Below, piece after piece: positions 23,735-38,700 of a stretch of DNA of 55,606 bases. Position 1 is the first letter of the stretch, and each line of letters starts with the position of its first letter. Below the pieces are notes generated by a model. That model saw only the letters and a list, made by a program, of their open reading frames with translations. It made no database searches and was not told the DNA's origin. The stretch is from Girardia tigrina (lineage: Eukaryota), in assembly GCA_001938485.1 (NCBI GenBank), contig MQRK01227476.1, forward strand, positions 1-55,606, given 5' to 3'. Position numbers and translations under genes: made by a program.

Positions 23735-26700
23735 TCAGCTACTTCTTCTGGTAGCATAATGCTCGATAAACTGATTTGATAATTTAGAAACAGATTCCGT
23801 GAGAATGGTTACAACTAAATCATGTCCGCGTGTCGATTTGCCGACAGATTCATCAACCAGTCTCAGAGCCGTCGCCTCAATACCTGCCCAATCTTTGATA
23901 AAGTCGCAAGACATATCGGGCACTTTTGATGAAACATTAGACTCGATATTTATGTGTCTAAAGAATTTCAAGAGTAAAGAAAGCTAACAATAGGTCACAC
24001 AGAAATAAACTACAGATCACTTAAAAAATAATTTAAGACAATAATTTTAATTAAACTATCGCGGTTTGTGAAATGATTTTTTATTTATTTAATGTTAAAT
24101 AATTATTTTTAAAAAAGAACGATTAAATTCAAATAAATGTAAAAAAAATAATATTAAATTTCTACAGTACCTGTAATTTTATAAATTTATCAAACAAACC
24201 AGATCCAGCTAATGAAAAACATCGTAAAATAAATTGGCATAAATTATAAAGTTTCATTATAAATAAAAAAAAGTAATATTAACGTTCAACGTTTTTGGCA
24301 CGAAGCACTATGACACATTACGAATAAGCACAACATGGGTAAAACATATTACGAGAATTATTAGGAGCCTTAACGAAGACGCAAAGACAAAATTGTTGAC
24401 AAGCGAGTAATTTAGCGACTGGTTTAAATCATCAGTAGGAGTAAGACAAGATTGCATGCTTCCACAAACATTGTTCAACCTTTTCCGTGAGAGAATTGTT
24501 AGGGAAACAATAGACAATCTAGACGATGTTGGAATAAGCTTCGGAGGAACAAGAGTAACCAACCTACGATTTGCTGACGATGTCGACATAATTGGTAAAA
24601 ATGAGGTAAAGATTCAGGAACTTGCGAATAGACTGTATAAAGTGTCAAAGATAGACTAATCTTTGGAGATGAATGAAAAGCATTATCTTTTTAGACCAAT
24701 ATCGACGGTGCATAACATTGTTATATAGTATCCACTTTTCGTCGCCAGTAATTATTTTCTAAAGAAATTGTTCTTACTGGTTCTTTTTAATAAGGTGATC
24801 ACAAACAAGAATACGTGGCATCATCTGACGCTCATTCAAATCATTAGGAACCCTCACATCAGCACGATTGACATAATCTTCAAAGTGGTGCCTTTGGACA
24901 CATTTCTATGCGACACATTCACGACGTTCGTTATATTTATGGCTGATTTCATTACACTTTTGTACAACGCGATCGGTAACTGCAGATCAGTAGAAGTAGC
25001 ATATTTTCGCTACGTAGGTCGCGTTTTTCCCTTGTCGAAATAATTACAACATAATATGCCGAAAATGCTCATTTTACCCTTCCATTTTACTATACAAATG
25101 GTCAAAAACTAGGTAACATAATTAAATAAATATAACACTAAAATATAGCCACAATTGTAAACTAGAACTGATGTTACGAAATTTTTGCGAATATTCGAAA
25201 ATTGCCACTGAAAACTATTCAATACCGTAGTGTTATTCGCTTTCTCTTTCTGACAGGAAAAAATATAGTTCTTATTGAACCGAAAACTGTTTAGCAACAA
25301 GAGTGGCCATCCACAGCAACAATTTATCGTTGCTTCAATTACTTTCGGAGTGGTAGAACCTCCGTGGTGGAAGAAAATAGATCTGGAAGACACTCGGAAA
25401 TGGATGAAAAAATAACGCAGACAATCGTGCAAAACAAGAGAAGAATAACGATGAGAGCTCACAACCCGCCAAAATGTGAGCAAAGTCACTCTACATACTT
25501 TCCTCTTTGAAAGTGGCATTCGAAAACTATGATCCCGTTTTGTGCCACGCTTCTTAACGATGGAAATGTGACAATTATGTTTGGAATGCTGCTTGGAGAA
25601 TCTGCAGATCAAGATCAATGTTGGACACCGTTTCATTGATAATATCAACACCGTGGACGAGACACAACTGTACCTTTATGTCCCAGAATCTAAACGAGAG
25701 TCGCAAGAATGGAAACTGCAAGGAGAAAGCAGCTTAATGAAAACGCGTTCTTCAACTTGCAACTGAAAGGCTCTCATGCTGACTGTGTTTTGGGACGCCA
25801 ATGGCATTATTCTGACTGACTTCGCAGAATCCGGCGTGAAGATCAATAGTTCTTACTACTCCAACATCGTGCAGCAGGCAAGGAAGCACGACGCAAGAGC
25901 AGAGTGTGTCATATCTATTTTTTACACAATAATGCTCCCATCCACACCAGCAGCGTTTCCATGACCACAATTGAGCACCACAGGCTCAATTTGAGCCCCA
26001 ATTCTACGTACAGCCTCGTTTTGGCTCCCTCCAATTTCTTCCTGTTTAACCATCTTAAGAAGCATCTGCGGGGCCATGTTTTTGTCAACAAACATGATTT
26101 GAGAGCCGCCGTGGAGTTTTCTGGGAGAAAAACTTCCAAAATTCTTCAAAAACGCCATTAAAAACCTCAGTCTTTGCTAGGAAAATGTGACAGTGAGAAA
26201 TTTATGAGAAATGATACCTATTTACCATGCTTGTTCTTAATACAAAGTGTTGTGTTGATATCTTAAGTTTTTCTAAATTAGTCTCGCTACTTATTGAGTG
26301 CACCACGTAAATTAGCATACGAGATTTTAACACCATACAAGATGGGTTGGAGATTTACTACAAAACCTAAAATTTATAGTGGATTTCCAGCACAAATAAT
26401 TGCGAAATTCTATGTCCTCGTTTCAATAATTATTTGGTCTGTGACTATATATCAGATCTTTTTCCATTCTTGTTATTAGCTTATTTTGAAGGTTCCATCT
26501 CAAAATATCACCGCAAAAATGTCGTGGTCCTAATGTCACGAACAAAAATATCGCGGATATAAAATGTTTAAAAAACTTAATTTAAATTAGTATTGTTACT
26601 TAAAATAAATTAAAAGTAATACATGAATTATAAAAATATAGTATAAAAACAAATAATAATAAAATATTATAATAATAAAAACAAAAACATATTTTATAAA

Positions 26701-29700
26701 CCCATTTTTGTTTATCAAAAAACGTTTAATGCTTCAATAATTTATTATTAAACGTTCAAATGAAAATTGCTTCCGAAACGCTTCAAATAATTTTAAATTA
26801 ATGCATTATTGTAACTAGCTACTATCTTGCATAATCTTTGTGTGTTGTCCCTATATTTTTCCTTCATAAAGGTTGCTCTTGTCCAACAATATACTGGTTA
26901 ATCTTTAATTCATTAAGGCTTTGTTCACGCTTCAGTACATCAATGACACGCCAAATATTTGGATGATTTTGAAATTAAAAACTCGTTAAATGATCGATGC
27001 AAACCTTCAACCGAATTGTTAGTTTTTGGAAATCCTTGCATTACTGAATTACATAAACTATGTAAAAATAGTGAACTTTTACGTCTATTCCTCATTTGCG
27101 ATCGACCAATCCAAGTATCGTCAAAATAAAATATTATCGGATTTAATAAAACTTCATTTTCAAAGTAATATTCCGATCCACATAATGTTTCGAATGCTAT
27201 AATGACATGGTTTTCAGGTACAAAGGTATTGACTGCCAACATCCGTACATGTAATGAAAACATTGGATTTTTTTATAAAAACATTTTATAATTTACTTTC
27301 AGTATTTTTGAAATTTTTGTAAATACGAGGGGTGTCCCAAAAGTTCACGGACTGAGAGAATATGGAGTGGTCATGTGTGTGCGTCAGTGTAACGCGCGGT
27401 GTGTGTACGATGACATGAGGGGGGAACCAACCAATTGTAATTGAGGTGAACTCTCATTGGCTGCCCGTCGGCATGTGTGTGACATACGAATGTATTAATT
27501 TGTCATTTTTCTCTCTTGTAGTTAGTATGGAAGAGAGTGAAATATCAACGACCAATCATCTATTTCCTCTGGAAGGAAGACACCTCCACTGCAGATATTG
27601 TGCACCCTTTACACCGCGTCTTTGGTGATGCCACTATGGGAAGAACGGCTGTCTTTAAGTGGGTGCAACGATTCCAGGCAGGGCATCAACCATTAGAGGA
27701 TGATGAACGCAGTGGGCGACCAAAAACATCCGGATGTCAAGAAAATGTGAAAGTTATCGAGGAAGTCATTCTTGGTGACAGATGTCTCATTATCCGTGAG
27801 ATAGCAGCTATTACAGGCGTTTCTAAAAGTAAGGTGCACCGCATAATGTCAGAGGAGCTGTATATGAGGAAACTGACTGCCAGGTGGGTGCCGCGCCTGC
27901 TCAACAACGAACAGAAGACCAATCGAAAGTCTGCTTATCAAGAACTGCTGCATCTGGTTCATGGTCTCGGTAAGGCGTTCTGGTCACGGATTGTGACAGT
28001 GGACGAAACGTGGCTCCCGTTTTATCTTCCTGAAATAGTGCCGTCAATAGTGCCACCCAGGTGACAGACCCCCTTTAAAGGCGAAGACCGTCCCTTCAGC
28101 CGGGAAGGTAATGGTTACAGTCTTTTGGGACTGTGATGGAATAATTCACATTGATTACCTGCCAAAGGGGGTCACCATCAACAGCGCATACTACACGAAC
28201 CTGCTCGACAAAGATCTGCGCAAAGCTCTCAAGAACAAACGGCGGGGAAAGTTGTCATCTATCCCATTATTGCAACAGGACAACGCACGTCCCCATATAG
28301 CGAAGTTGACTGTCAGTACCGTGCAACGATTGGGCTGGACACTTGCCTCACCCCCCATATTCACCGGACCTCGCGCCGAGTGATTATCACCTTTTCTCGG
28401 CATTGAAAAAACCCCTTCGAGGACATCATTTCGCGAATTTGGATGAAATGAAAACAGCAGTCAGTGCGTGGATTGCGGAGACACCGCGTATTTTCTTCGA
28501 TAATGGTATTAGGAAGTTGACACAGAGATGGGAAAAGTGTGTGAAACTGAATGGTGATTATATTGAAAAGTTCGATAGCCATTCTGATGAGGATTGATCA
28601 ATTTTGTTAACTAGAATAAACTTTTTGAATTTGTTGTTACTTATCAGTCCGCGAACTTTTGGGACACCCCTCGTACGTTATATTTAATATTCAATTTTTT
28701 ATGTTTTAATTATTTAATTTTTTAATCATATCCTTAATTTCAAAATTCGAAAGCCAATTGAAAATATTTATTAATTTCGACGGTTTAACCGTCATCGTCA
28801 GAACAAATGGTTTTTCAAACGAAATTTACTTATATAGTGCAGTTAATGATTATACAATCAATACGTAATCAGCACATCATTTATAAACTCTCAACAAAGT
28901 TGTAGAGAATGCAGTTTGAACGTTAATTTTAGGATCCAAAGATCTTATATGTGACGCTTCACATGTCACTCTCTCCCAATAATTTTTAAATTGAGTGCAC
29001 AGAATTTTAAAGTGTTGTGAAGTTATATCTCCTTTACAATTTCTTCTATGTCCTGCAATGTTACTTCCACCTTGATTGCGACTGTGTTCCTGGATTATCT
29101 TACAGAGATGACGTGAAGTCTCTCCAATTCATGTGGCGTTACACCCATTACATGTATATTGGTAAATGAGATCCGAACACAATCCCAATGGCGTTGGAGA
29201 TTTATTGCCGAACATACTTTCAATTTTCTGAGTGCGGGATATTACTTTTTTTAAAAGTACTTTACTTTTATCAATTACTTTTTTCAATTTGATTTCAATT
29301 CCAAATAATTTTTGAAATTATTGAAATTTTGATCAGCGAACTAAATTAACTACCTCCTCATAGGCATTAATAGCACTCATTTCATAATCACACATAATAG
29401 ATCTTGGTCATAAATTTTGACTCAAAGTTATCAAGACAGTTAATACTTGCATATACGTTTCTGCACTTTTGTTGGTGAGTAAAAGAAAAACGGATGGTAG
29501 TGCATTATTATACTTAATTTCGTGAATTGTATACAATTGATATTTAAAAAACTATGTATTTGTTTGCGATATTTTTGTTCGCGACATTTTGGGCACGCGT
29601 TATTTTGATGTGCTACAATTTTGAATATCCATGGTATTTAGAAACCTATTTTTGAAGTCTTTACTCAATCAATTTTCTTCAATCTTTGCACACTTACTCA

Positions 29701-32700
29701 TTCTCGATGACAATAAATGATTGTGTGAAAATTTGATCGAAAAAACTTTTTAAGGTCCCAAAATGGGAAAACGGTTCCATCGGAATTCCTGAACAATATT
29801 AGTAAAAAAAGATCTACTTATAAATTATAAGTAGTTTATATTAAGCAAAAAAGGTAAAGATAAAAAAGTAAATGTAATAGTAATTTTCCCATCCACAAAA
29901 CAACAAAAAAATTATCTTGACCAAATAGAGTTCTGTCCGCATAAAGAATGGATATCAAATTTTTTTTAAATTTCTAGTTAATTAAAATTATTGTGCCAAC
30001 TATTCTTGACGATAATCGTATTGTGTGTATTTAGATGGCATATTACATGTAATTATTTATTGCATATATAAGCAGATTTAAAATTCATATTTTCATTATG
30101 ACCAGGTGCTGATGGTTATACAGTCGATATTAATTGTTCTTGAAAATAAAATTTTATTTTATAAATGGCATAAAATCAATCTTTAGTATTCAAAAATCAA
30201 ATGAAATTCCTATTTGAAACAATCAGAACACATCAATCTGCCATCTGGTAGGAAGACTCACCACTGTAAAATAACATAAAACATTACAAACAAATCATTG
30301 AAAAAGAATCCTTACAACCAGTATATGTTAAAGAATCAATGTTTAAACAAGATCACAGGCAAATAGTTGTGTCAGATAAATAATCTTTTTTCGTTTAAAA
30401 GCTTAATTAACCTATTTGTCGTAACAAAGAAAATAGTCCTAATGTATAAAATTAACTTTTAGTTTGGTCGTCACTATCTGATACAGAAATCAAATAATAA
30501 ATTAGTTTCATAATAATAACAATAATAATATCAATACTCATTATTGATCTGCATCTCTCCTTCAAGATATTTAGTGGCCTGTCTCGCTCCGTGATCTTGT
30601 GTCTTGATTCGATCCAATCGTTGCAATACTGCAACATCACAGTTATAGAAACACTGTAAAAAACCACAGTCTAACCCGCTCGAGGGATCACAAATATGTA
30701 CCGCTCGCTCCGTACCAACAATTTGATAACGTCGAGTCTCGTACATATAAATTCTACGTCTGGAATCATATATACTGCGCACATACCCTCACGAGATGGA
30801 CTGCGCGATTTTTGTTTGTGATCGGCGTCACGATTGTCATCTGACTCTACCGAACTCGATAACTCATTTTTCAATCTCAATCTCGCCATTTCTCGCATCA
30901 TTTTCTCTCTTTCAGTGTTTCCAACAGACACCTTTTTAATTTCATGATATAAATGAACCATTATTTTCATTATTTTATCGAAGTAATTTTTAAAGGGTTC
31001 AATAATAAGTTCTTGTGCTAAGAAGTTCGATTAAGATTATTACATTAATTCATCTGCATTAACTTATAATAACCAATACTGAATTTCAGATGCACAGTTA
31101 AATGTGGAAAAGATTGTTTATTATGTGTAAATTTAAATCGAATTAGTTTCAAATTATAAGAATTAAAATATTAATCAGCTTTCCTCACAATAATAATTTG
31201 CAATTGTTTTTCAATGCTTTATGTTATCTTGCTTTCTATACATGTATCTATGGAATTTAGAAACCTATTTTTGACTCAATCAATTTTCATCCATCTTTGC
31301 ACACTTACTCATTCTCGATGACAACAAATGATTATGTAAAAATTTGATCAAAAAAAGTTAACTACATTTCAATTTTCAATTCTCCATACTTTTTTCAAAG
31401 GATGAGGTGTATGTGTTAGTGTTTTCACGATTTTTTTTTCTTTTGTGAAGGTGATAGTTGAGCGTTCGAATCATCTGAATGGAAAGATTTTTTTCAAATT
31501 TTTAATCTTTTTTATTGTTTTTTTTGTTTAATTTATAGAAATTTTAAAGTGTAAGGTCCATCTTTTTGCAAAATGGAGTTGTAAAAAAATTGTATAAAAT
31601 TTTACCTTCTAATAACATAATTAATTTATTCAAAAAATGCAATAGTAATTTTCCCTTCTACAAAAGATAATCTATTGGCCAAGTAGAGTTCTGTCCGCAT
31701 AAAGCATAGATATAAAAAAATTTATGATTTACTAGTTTAAACTCATTTCTAAAAATCCATTTAAAAGAAATTAAAAAATTATTATTTGCCTCGTCGTCTT
31801 TCTTATTTTATTAAAAGTCCTTTCAAAAACTTACAACTTTGGACGTTAATTGAGCGTAATTATGCAGAAGGCAGTCAGTCCACAAAATATACAAAATGAG
31901 ATAGAGCCGCCGTCAGTCCACAAACAAGCATTTTACAAGCTTTTATGACAAGTGCACTGGCTGTTTTTAACAGAACATTATAAGACGATTCCCAATTCGT
32001 GCACATGAAAACTGTAAAAATACCTATTTGTGGACTGGTTAGTTTCTGTATAGCTACGCTCAATTATAAGAACCATGTATTTTTATACAATACTTCACAC
32101 GAGTGAAACTCTCCCAATAATTTCTAAATTGAAAGGAGAGAATTTTTTAATTTTTTTAGGATTTATAAATCATTTAAAATGTGAAAATACAAATTAATTT
32201 AATTTCTCCATGAAATTAAGTTTCATTTTAATATAAGACTTAAAATTATAAAAATAATTTATTAATAATTTATTTACAAAATGACTTAAGTCTGAAATTT
32301 ACTGACTAAAAATGGAACTTAAAACATTCATTATCAAATATCATAGTACTGATTAGATTTTTGGTTGTCATAATGCACGTGACCACGGGAGTGATATATA
32401 CTTCCACCATTATATGAATGACAGATGACCCATTATTGTTTTCCCATGATTTATATTAGCCTGCGTTCTATATATGTATCCATGGAATTTAGAAATCTGT
32501 TTTTGAAGGTTTTGGCGAGATTCATACAATCCAAACGAAGCCTTATATTTTGCATTATTGCATAATTATTACTGGCAGTCTCGCTTGATTCGTCTTACAA
32601 GTTTTGTTCAATCAAGTACAGATGTAAATGAAAAAGTTTTGATTGGTCAAGTGCGGCTGAATAGATGAGAATTCACCTAATTGGAGTTCAACTGATTTAG

Positions 32701-35700
32701 ATTTATTTACATGGATATTTCCAAAGAATTATCGATCTATGTTAATTCGAATCAACCGGTATATTATTAATTTTTTTGGCATTATAAAATCAAATATTTG
32801 TGTAATCTATTCCAAGTATTATTGTTTAATTTAAACTCAAAGCTTCCTGAAAAATTATTGGTTAACAAATTAGAGTCAAATATCAAAGTAAATCTTTCTT
32901 CGACATCTAAAAATCTTCAAAAAATATGCGAAATGATTGAGTTTTGACTGTTATAACTAATTACAATTATTATTGCAAGTTTCATACATACAACGGGCGG
33001 TTTTTAATTGCATGAGAGAAAAAAGACATGAAAGAAGAGAATAATTTATTTCAATAGGAAGTTGTACCTCCCTTAGCACGCAAAAGTTCTTTCACACGGC
33101 GACACATATAGTAGCAACACGTATAGCAGAGGAGGAAAACCATATTTTCTGACATGTTTCCCACAATGCCTCCTTGGGAACATTTCGTTTTCGAATCTCA
33201 CGTTTCAACAGGTTCCAGACCGTCTCTATCAGATTCATGTCTGGGCTGTTTCTAGGTCAAGACAACTCAGTTACTCCACTGTCCTCCAAGTGTGATCGCG
33301 TTTTTCTTGAGGTGTAGCATGGAGCGTGGTACCATACCAGTTCTCTGTCTGTGTGAGAAGACAGGTGTGAATGACTTGACAGTATTGTTCGGATGCCATT
33401 GACCATTCACCCTATGAAGACGTCCAGGTCCTCTGCTGGAGATACATCCCCAGATCATCATTCGAGGAGGATATGTTTGCGGACTTTACACCCGGCCTTG
33501 ATGAATCCGCTCTAGCAGTTCTTCGAACCAATTGGCTCTGCGGCGACATGCTTCCATCCTTGTCTCATCAATGAAGACAAGCTCCAATGAAACCAGATCA
33601 AGAGAAGATGTCCCATGTAATGAGAGTAATAGCATGTCATTACTGTACTCATTACAGTATTTATCTTGCTCCATTTGTCCGCTGTACAGTGCGCATGTTG
33701 CTTTGAAGCTGTTGTGCCATCATTCTATTTGTGAACAATGGAACCCCATTTTAGGCGAGTCGCCCTGCATACTGCAAATGCCCTCGAATTCGATGTGATC
33801 ATACATTAGATGCATGCTCGCCAATTGTTTCTTTTATTTCCACTGATGTCATTTTCGATCAATCTTGCTGAGTATGATGATGCGATTTGAAAGTCGCTCT
33901 CCGATGAGCTTCTTTCTACCACACCGGCTTTTCTTCTGATTTGCAATGCTCCAAGTCTGTTGATGTTGTTTTATTAGCTGGAACACTGCAGATCGGGAGC
34001 AGCACACATTTGCAGCAATTTTCACTTGTGTTTTGGATGTATGGGTAGTCAAAGTCACTATCTGCGTACGCTGTACAGCAGTCAAGCCCATGATAATGGC
34101 AATTCTTGTAATTCTTAGAAAAAACTAAAAGTAGAATTATAATTTCATTTTGGCACCCTTTACAATTGAATCGTTTGATTAAAGTATGCTGCAAGTAGAC
34201 ACAAGTATTTTTAAATGTTATAATATATGGATTTTCAGGATTATGCAATTAAAACCGCCACCATTGTAATTGATTCAGGTATAAATATGGAGAAATTAAT
34301 TCGTATTGTAAATTATTTCACTAATTAATAACTGGGAAACCTAAAAAATCAACAGATAAAATTGTAATGTTCGAATTATCAGAACTAAGAAGTTGATTCA
34401 AGTAATTTGTAAATTATATTGGTACTTTGTGATGGCGGAAGAAACAGAAGACATTTATGCGGTGAATGTCATTCCTAGCATGAAATATATGGCAATTACT
34501 TGTCATTACACTTAGATCAAGAAGAGGATCAAGAAGAATATCCAATGTTTTAATATTTGCTCAACTATATCTAGAAGTATTTGTATGAATTAATAAAAAT
34601 GAATCGAAATTTGTATTATCTGAAAAAGTATGAATAAATATTGGGTTGTTCGGAAAGTCATTTCGTTTTTTTTATTACTTGTTTTAAATGTATTTTTTTA
34701 AATTAATAATCATTAATAATCATTGACTTTGTTATTTATTTTAGCAGTTGGTAATCAATAAAATGTCTGATATTGAATTTGCATGTACTATTTGTTATAA
34801 TTCATATCTCCGAATTTATATCTCCGAGTGCTTAACGAAGCGTTTGCTTCATTATCTGAATGAGAAATACCCAGCTGGATACTTAATCTTCTGGCCATAT
34901 CTTGCTTCTTGTCACTACGCCAAAGCAAGTCTGAAGTGCTTAGAGGAAAACAAAATTCCATTTGTCAAAAAAGATTTGAATCCATTTGGAAAATTTTGGA
35001 ATAATTAAAAACAATTATTGTGAAGGACTCATGTGAAAAGCTCATTGTTTAAATTTTTGAATAAATAATTTTTATAAATAATATTTGAAATAAGTAAATA
35101 TTTAAAATCAAAAGTTGTCTAAACATTTATAATGTAAAAATATATCGTAATTAATTTTAAAAATTTATTTTCGAGAATAATCGAATTTTATTTGAAGAGT
35201 AAAAAAAACTTAAAATGAAATTAATTGGGAAATAATGAATTTTTAAATAATTGATTAAAAAAATATATAGAAATACAAGGATAAAATAGGTTGTAATAAT
35301 TTTAAAAATTATTCTAAATAGTTTTGTAAAAAAAATTTAATTAAGACTTTTATCATTAACGTATCATAATAATAATAAAATTTGTAAATCACTGTGAAAT
35401 ACTATAAATTATTTTTTGGTATTTAAATTGTATGGTATTTAAAATAATTGTAGGTAAAAATGCTTTTAAATATTAATAATAAAATTTTTAAATATTGAAA
35501 AAAAATAAAACGTTAAAATCTTTATTAATTAGAAATGTTTCCCAAAAAAAAGAAATAACATTAAACTAATTCTAAAATAATAAAAAATCATTAAGGTTAA
35601 TTTAGTAAAAATATGACTACTACAAAATTTTGTTGGTTTTAATTTAAAAATAAGGATGTAATTTTTTAAATAAATAGAATTAAAAATTTTCAATTTTAAA

Positions 35701-38700
35701 ATCACTTATCAGTTATTTATATTTATAATTTCATATTTTTATATAAGAATCTGGTCATAAAGAAAACGATAGAAAAGTTCCTCTACAAAAATTCTTTATT
35801 AAAAGCAACAATTTTTATTACAACAAAAATTGTTAACTAAAAATTGTTTGAATAATTGTTATTTGTGTATTTAATAAATTTTTGGTGTTATGAATTCTAA
35901 TATTGATCAAGAACCCAACATGTCGACCATCGCCAGCAGCTCCGAACAATTAATTTCGAGGCTTATACCAGACAAATTTAGACGACAAGATAATGTGGAA
36001 ACAACATTTAAATAATTTTAGATTACTAGAAATTGTTGCAAAATACGTTTAAAAATTATTCAAAATAGAACAGTTATTATTTAGATTTTTATAATGTATT
36101 TTGAAGATTTTTATAAAATAATAAAATCTTAATATATAAATTAACGTAATAAAAAAATAAATTCAATTTTAATTAACGTTTTAATAAATAAGTTATCAGT
36201 ATTATAATCCAATATTTTTATGTATGAATAATCTGGTCAAAAATAAGAAAACAAAAGAAAAGTTCCTCAAGAAAAATTGTTTAAATAATTGTTATTGTTA
36301 TAGAAATATAATTTGGTGTTAATGAATTATAATTTTGATCAAGAACCCAACATGGCTACCATCGCCAGTAGCTCCGAACAACTAATTTCGAGGCTCATAC
36401 CAGACAAATTTAGGCGACAAGATAATGTTGAAACATTCATTTCGGCTTGCGCTTGATACTTCAAAGTGGCCAAAGTATCGGAAAGTATGCAAGAGATTTT
36501 GGTAATTGGGTTAATGTCACACGACCTCGTACCAATATACGAAAGTGTGGGTCCCGAGGTGAAGGGATATGAAGCCCAGTTACGACAAGCTTTTCAGACG
36601 AAAAGCACGTTAATGGATGATTTAATAGAAGCGGTAAACTTCGAGAGATCGGGAGAATCAGTGGAGGAATTCTTCGTTAAGGCAAAAAAGTTGGCGGCAA
36701 AATTGATGAAGCATGAGTGGACAGAAACGGAGGTAGAGAAATGCCTTCTGATTCACGCGTCAAAAGATAGTGACGTGAAGAAAGAAATCAAATTTAGAGA
36801 AGTGAAAGAATTAGCAAAGGTGAAGAACGTCATTAGGAAAGTAGATGAAGTCCGGAGAATGGAAAATCCGGTGCACGCAATACGATCAACATATAGAGAT
36901 GTGGTCAAAAATGGCAACAAAAAATATAATATAATAAATATAAAATATTGATCAAGAACCCAACATTTATATTTGATTTTTGACCTATCAAAGATGGAAA
37001 GCAAGAATCAGCATTTACGGCATGTATTACTTTTTTACTTACGAAAAGGTAAAAATGCTGTACAAGCAAGAAGAAAATTATGCGAAGTGTATGGAGAAGA
37101 TGTGTTTACAGAACGCCAATGCCAAAGCTGGTTTAAATAATTTAGATCCGGAAATTTTGATGTTGAAGATTCTTCACGTTCCGGAAGGCCCATTGAGGCC
37201 GACGAAGACATAATAAAGGCATTAATTGATTCAAACCGGCGAATAACAACTCGCGAAATTGTCCAGACATTACATTTATCTAATTCGACCGTCCATGATC
37301 ATTTGAAGCGCCTAGGTTTTACATCAAAACTCGGCACATGGATTTCTCATAATCTTACCGAACGAAATTTATGCTGTCGTTTAGACATCTGCGATATGCT
37401 TCTCAAATGCCAAGAAAATGAAAAAAATGAAGCGCATCGTCACTGGAGATGAGAAATGGGTAGTCTACAATAATGTAAAACGCAAGAGATCTTGGAGTAA
37501 AAAAGATCAACCTGCTCAAAGCACTTCGAAAGCTGACATTCATCAAAAAAAAGTGATGCTATCTATTTGGTGGGATTTCAAAGGAATCGTATTTTATGGG
37601 CTTCTTCCAGACAAAACTACGATCAATTCGGACGTCTACAGTCATCAGCTGGACAAATTAAATGAATCTCTTAAACACAAAAGGCCAGAATTGATCAATA
37701 GTAAAGGTGTAGTGTTTCACCAAGATAATGCCAGACCTCATACAAGTTTGTTAACTCGCCAAAAGCTTTTACAGCTTGAATGGAACATCATGCCTCACCC
37801 ACCATATTCTCCAGACCTCGCACCTTCTGATTATCATTTGTTCCGGTCTCTACAAAATTATTTAGTCGGCAACACTTTTGGATCAAATGAAGATGTTAGA
37901 AATCACCTGGAAAAGTTTTTTAACAGCAAAGAACAAATATTTTATGAACGTGGAATCATGTCACTGCCAGGAAGATGGAAGAAGGTATTGAACAACAATG
38001 GTCAATGTGTATTTCAACACAATATTTATCCGACATAAAAATTTGTCTTTTACTTTTACACAAAAAAAACGAAATGACTTTCCGAACAACCTAATAGTAG
38101 AGAATAAATTTATGTCCGAATAATCGTATAAATTCCTTTCAAAATTTTTGAGATTTTAATTAATTTGTATAAAAAATTATTTGAGGATTAAACGATTATT
38201 TTGTTTATTTTGCGTGTATTAACATAAAAAGTAAAATCCGATCGATTTAACAACACAATGATAATTCCCAAAAAAACAGATAAAACTGAACTATGATGAC
38301 ACCTACAAATACCGATCAAATCTTACCGACACAGAATTATCGGTCATGGAATATATTTGATTCCATGATTTCGAGATAAGATTGGTCCTGGGAGCATTCT
38401 GGGAACACGAGAGAGTCCACCTGCAGCTATTAGGAGTGCCAATGACGTTGATAGGCCCGTGAGTGAGAGATGCCATTCGGTGGCCGCATTGGAGCACTCT
38501 GAGAGCCCTTGAGATCGCCTGGTGAAGTTGATTGCCACATTTGTTCATTTGGCCTAATCCAGTATCAGCATCAATTGATATTTCCCTATCTTCTGGCAGT
38601 TTGCATGCCATTGTAGACCGAATATCACGGTTAATGTGACAACACTGTATTGATGTTATATCCGCTGAAGCATTCCGATAATCAGAAATGGAGGAAGAAA

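Larger units (their letters stand above)
26491..29632 (-). mobile_element. MULE (Mutator-like) DNA transposon remnant, interrupted by a mariner and a Penelope fragment
   Basis: About 29545-29350: YQLYTIHE...LLTNKSAETY...SIMCDYEMSAINA. 27263-26940: FVPENHVIIAFE..YFDDTWIG..PKTNNSVEGLHRSFN. Imperfect inverted ends (AATGTCACGAACAAAAATATCGC near 26530; GCGATATTTTTGTTCGCGACATT near 29570). Confidence 0.8.
34641..38094 (+). mobile_element. mariner element with about 2.3 kb of inserted sequence between the left TIR and the transposase (36993-38038)
   Basis: TIRs TTGGGTTGTTCGGAAAGTCATTTCGTTTTTT / AAAAAACGAAATGACTTTCCGAACAACCTAA, TA-flanked. MESKNQHLRHVLLFYLRKGKNA..., RIVTGDEKW, QDNARPH, HPPYSPDLAPSDY. 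Confidence 0.9.

Noticed and set aside
25109-25651. 180-aa minus-strand ORF and similar antisense ORFs (39406-39750, 19577-19921, 51943-52251)
   Set aside because: Shadow frames opposite transposase or zinc-finger coding sequence, with no motifs of their own.
30262-30263. 2-nt micro-exon (TTTTACAG-TG-GTGAGT, minus strand) in SMG5
   Set aside because: The splice signals look strong, but inclusion would shift the PIN frame, which joins correctly without it.
36993-38038. Domesticated SETMAR-like gene
   Set aside because: No SET domain; TIR-bounded, frameshifted and intronic, so an ordinary mariner copy.
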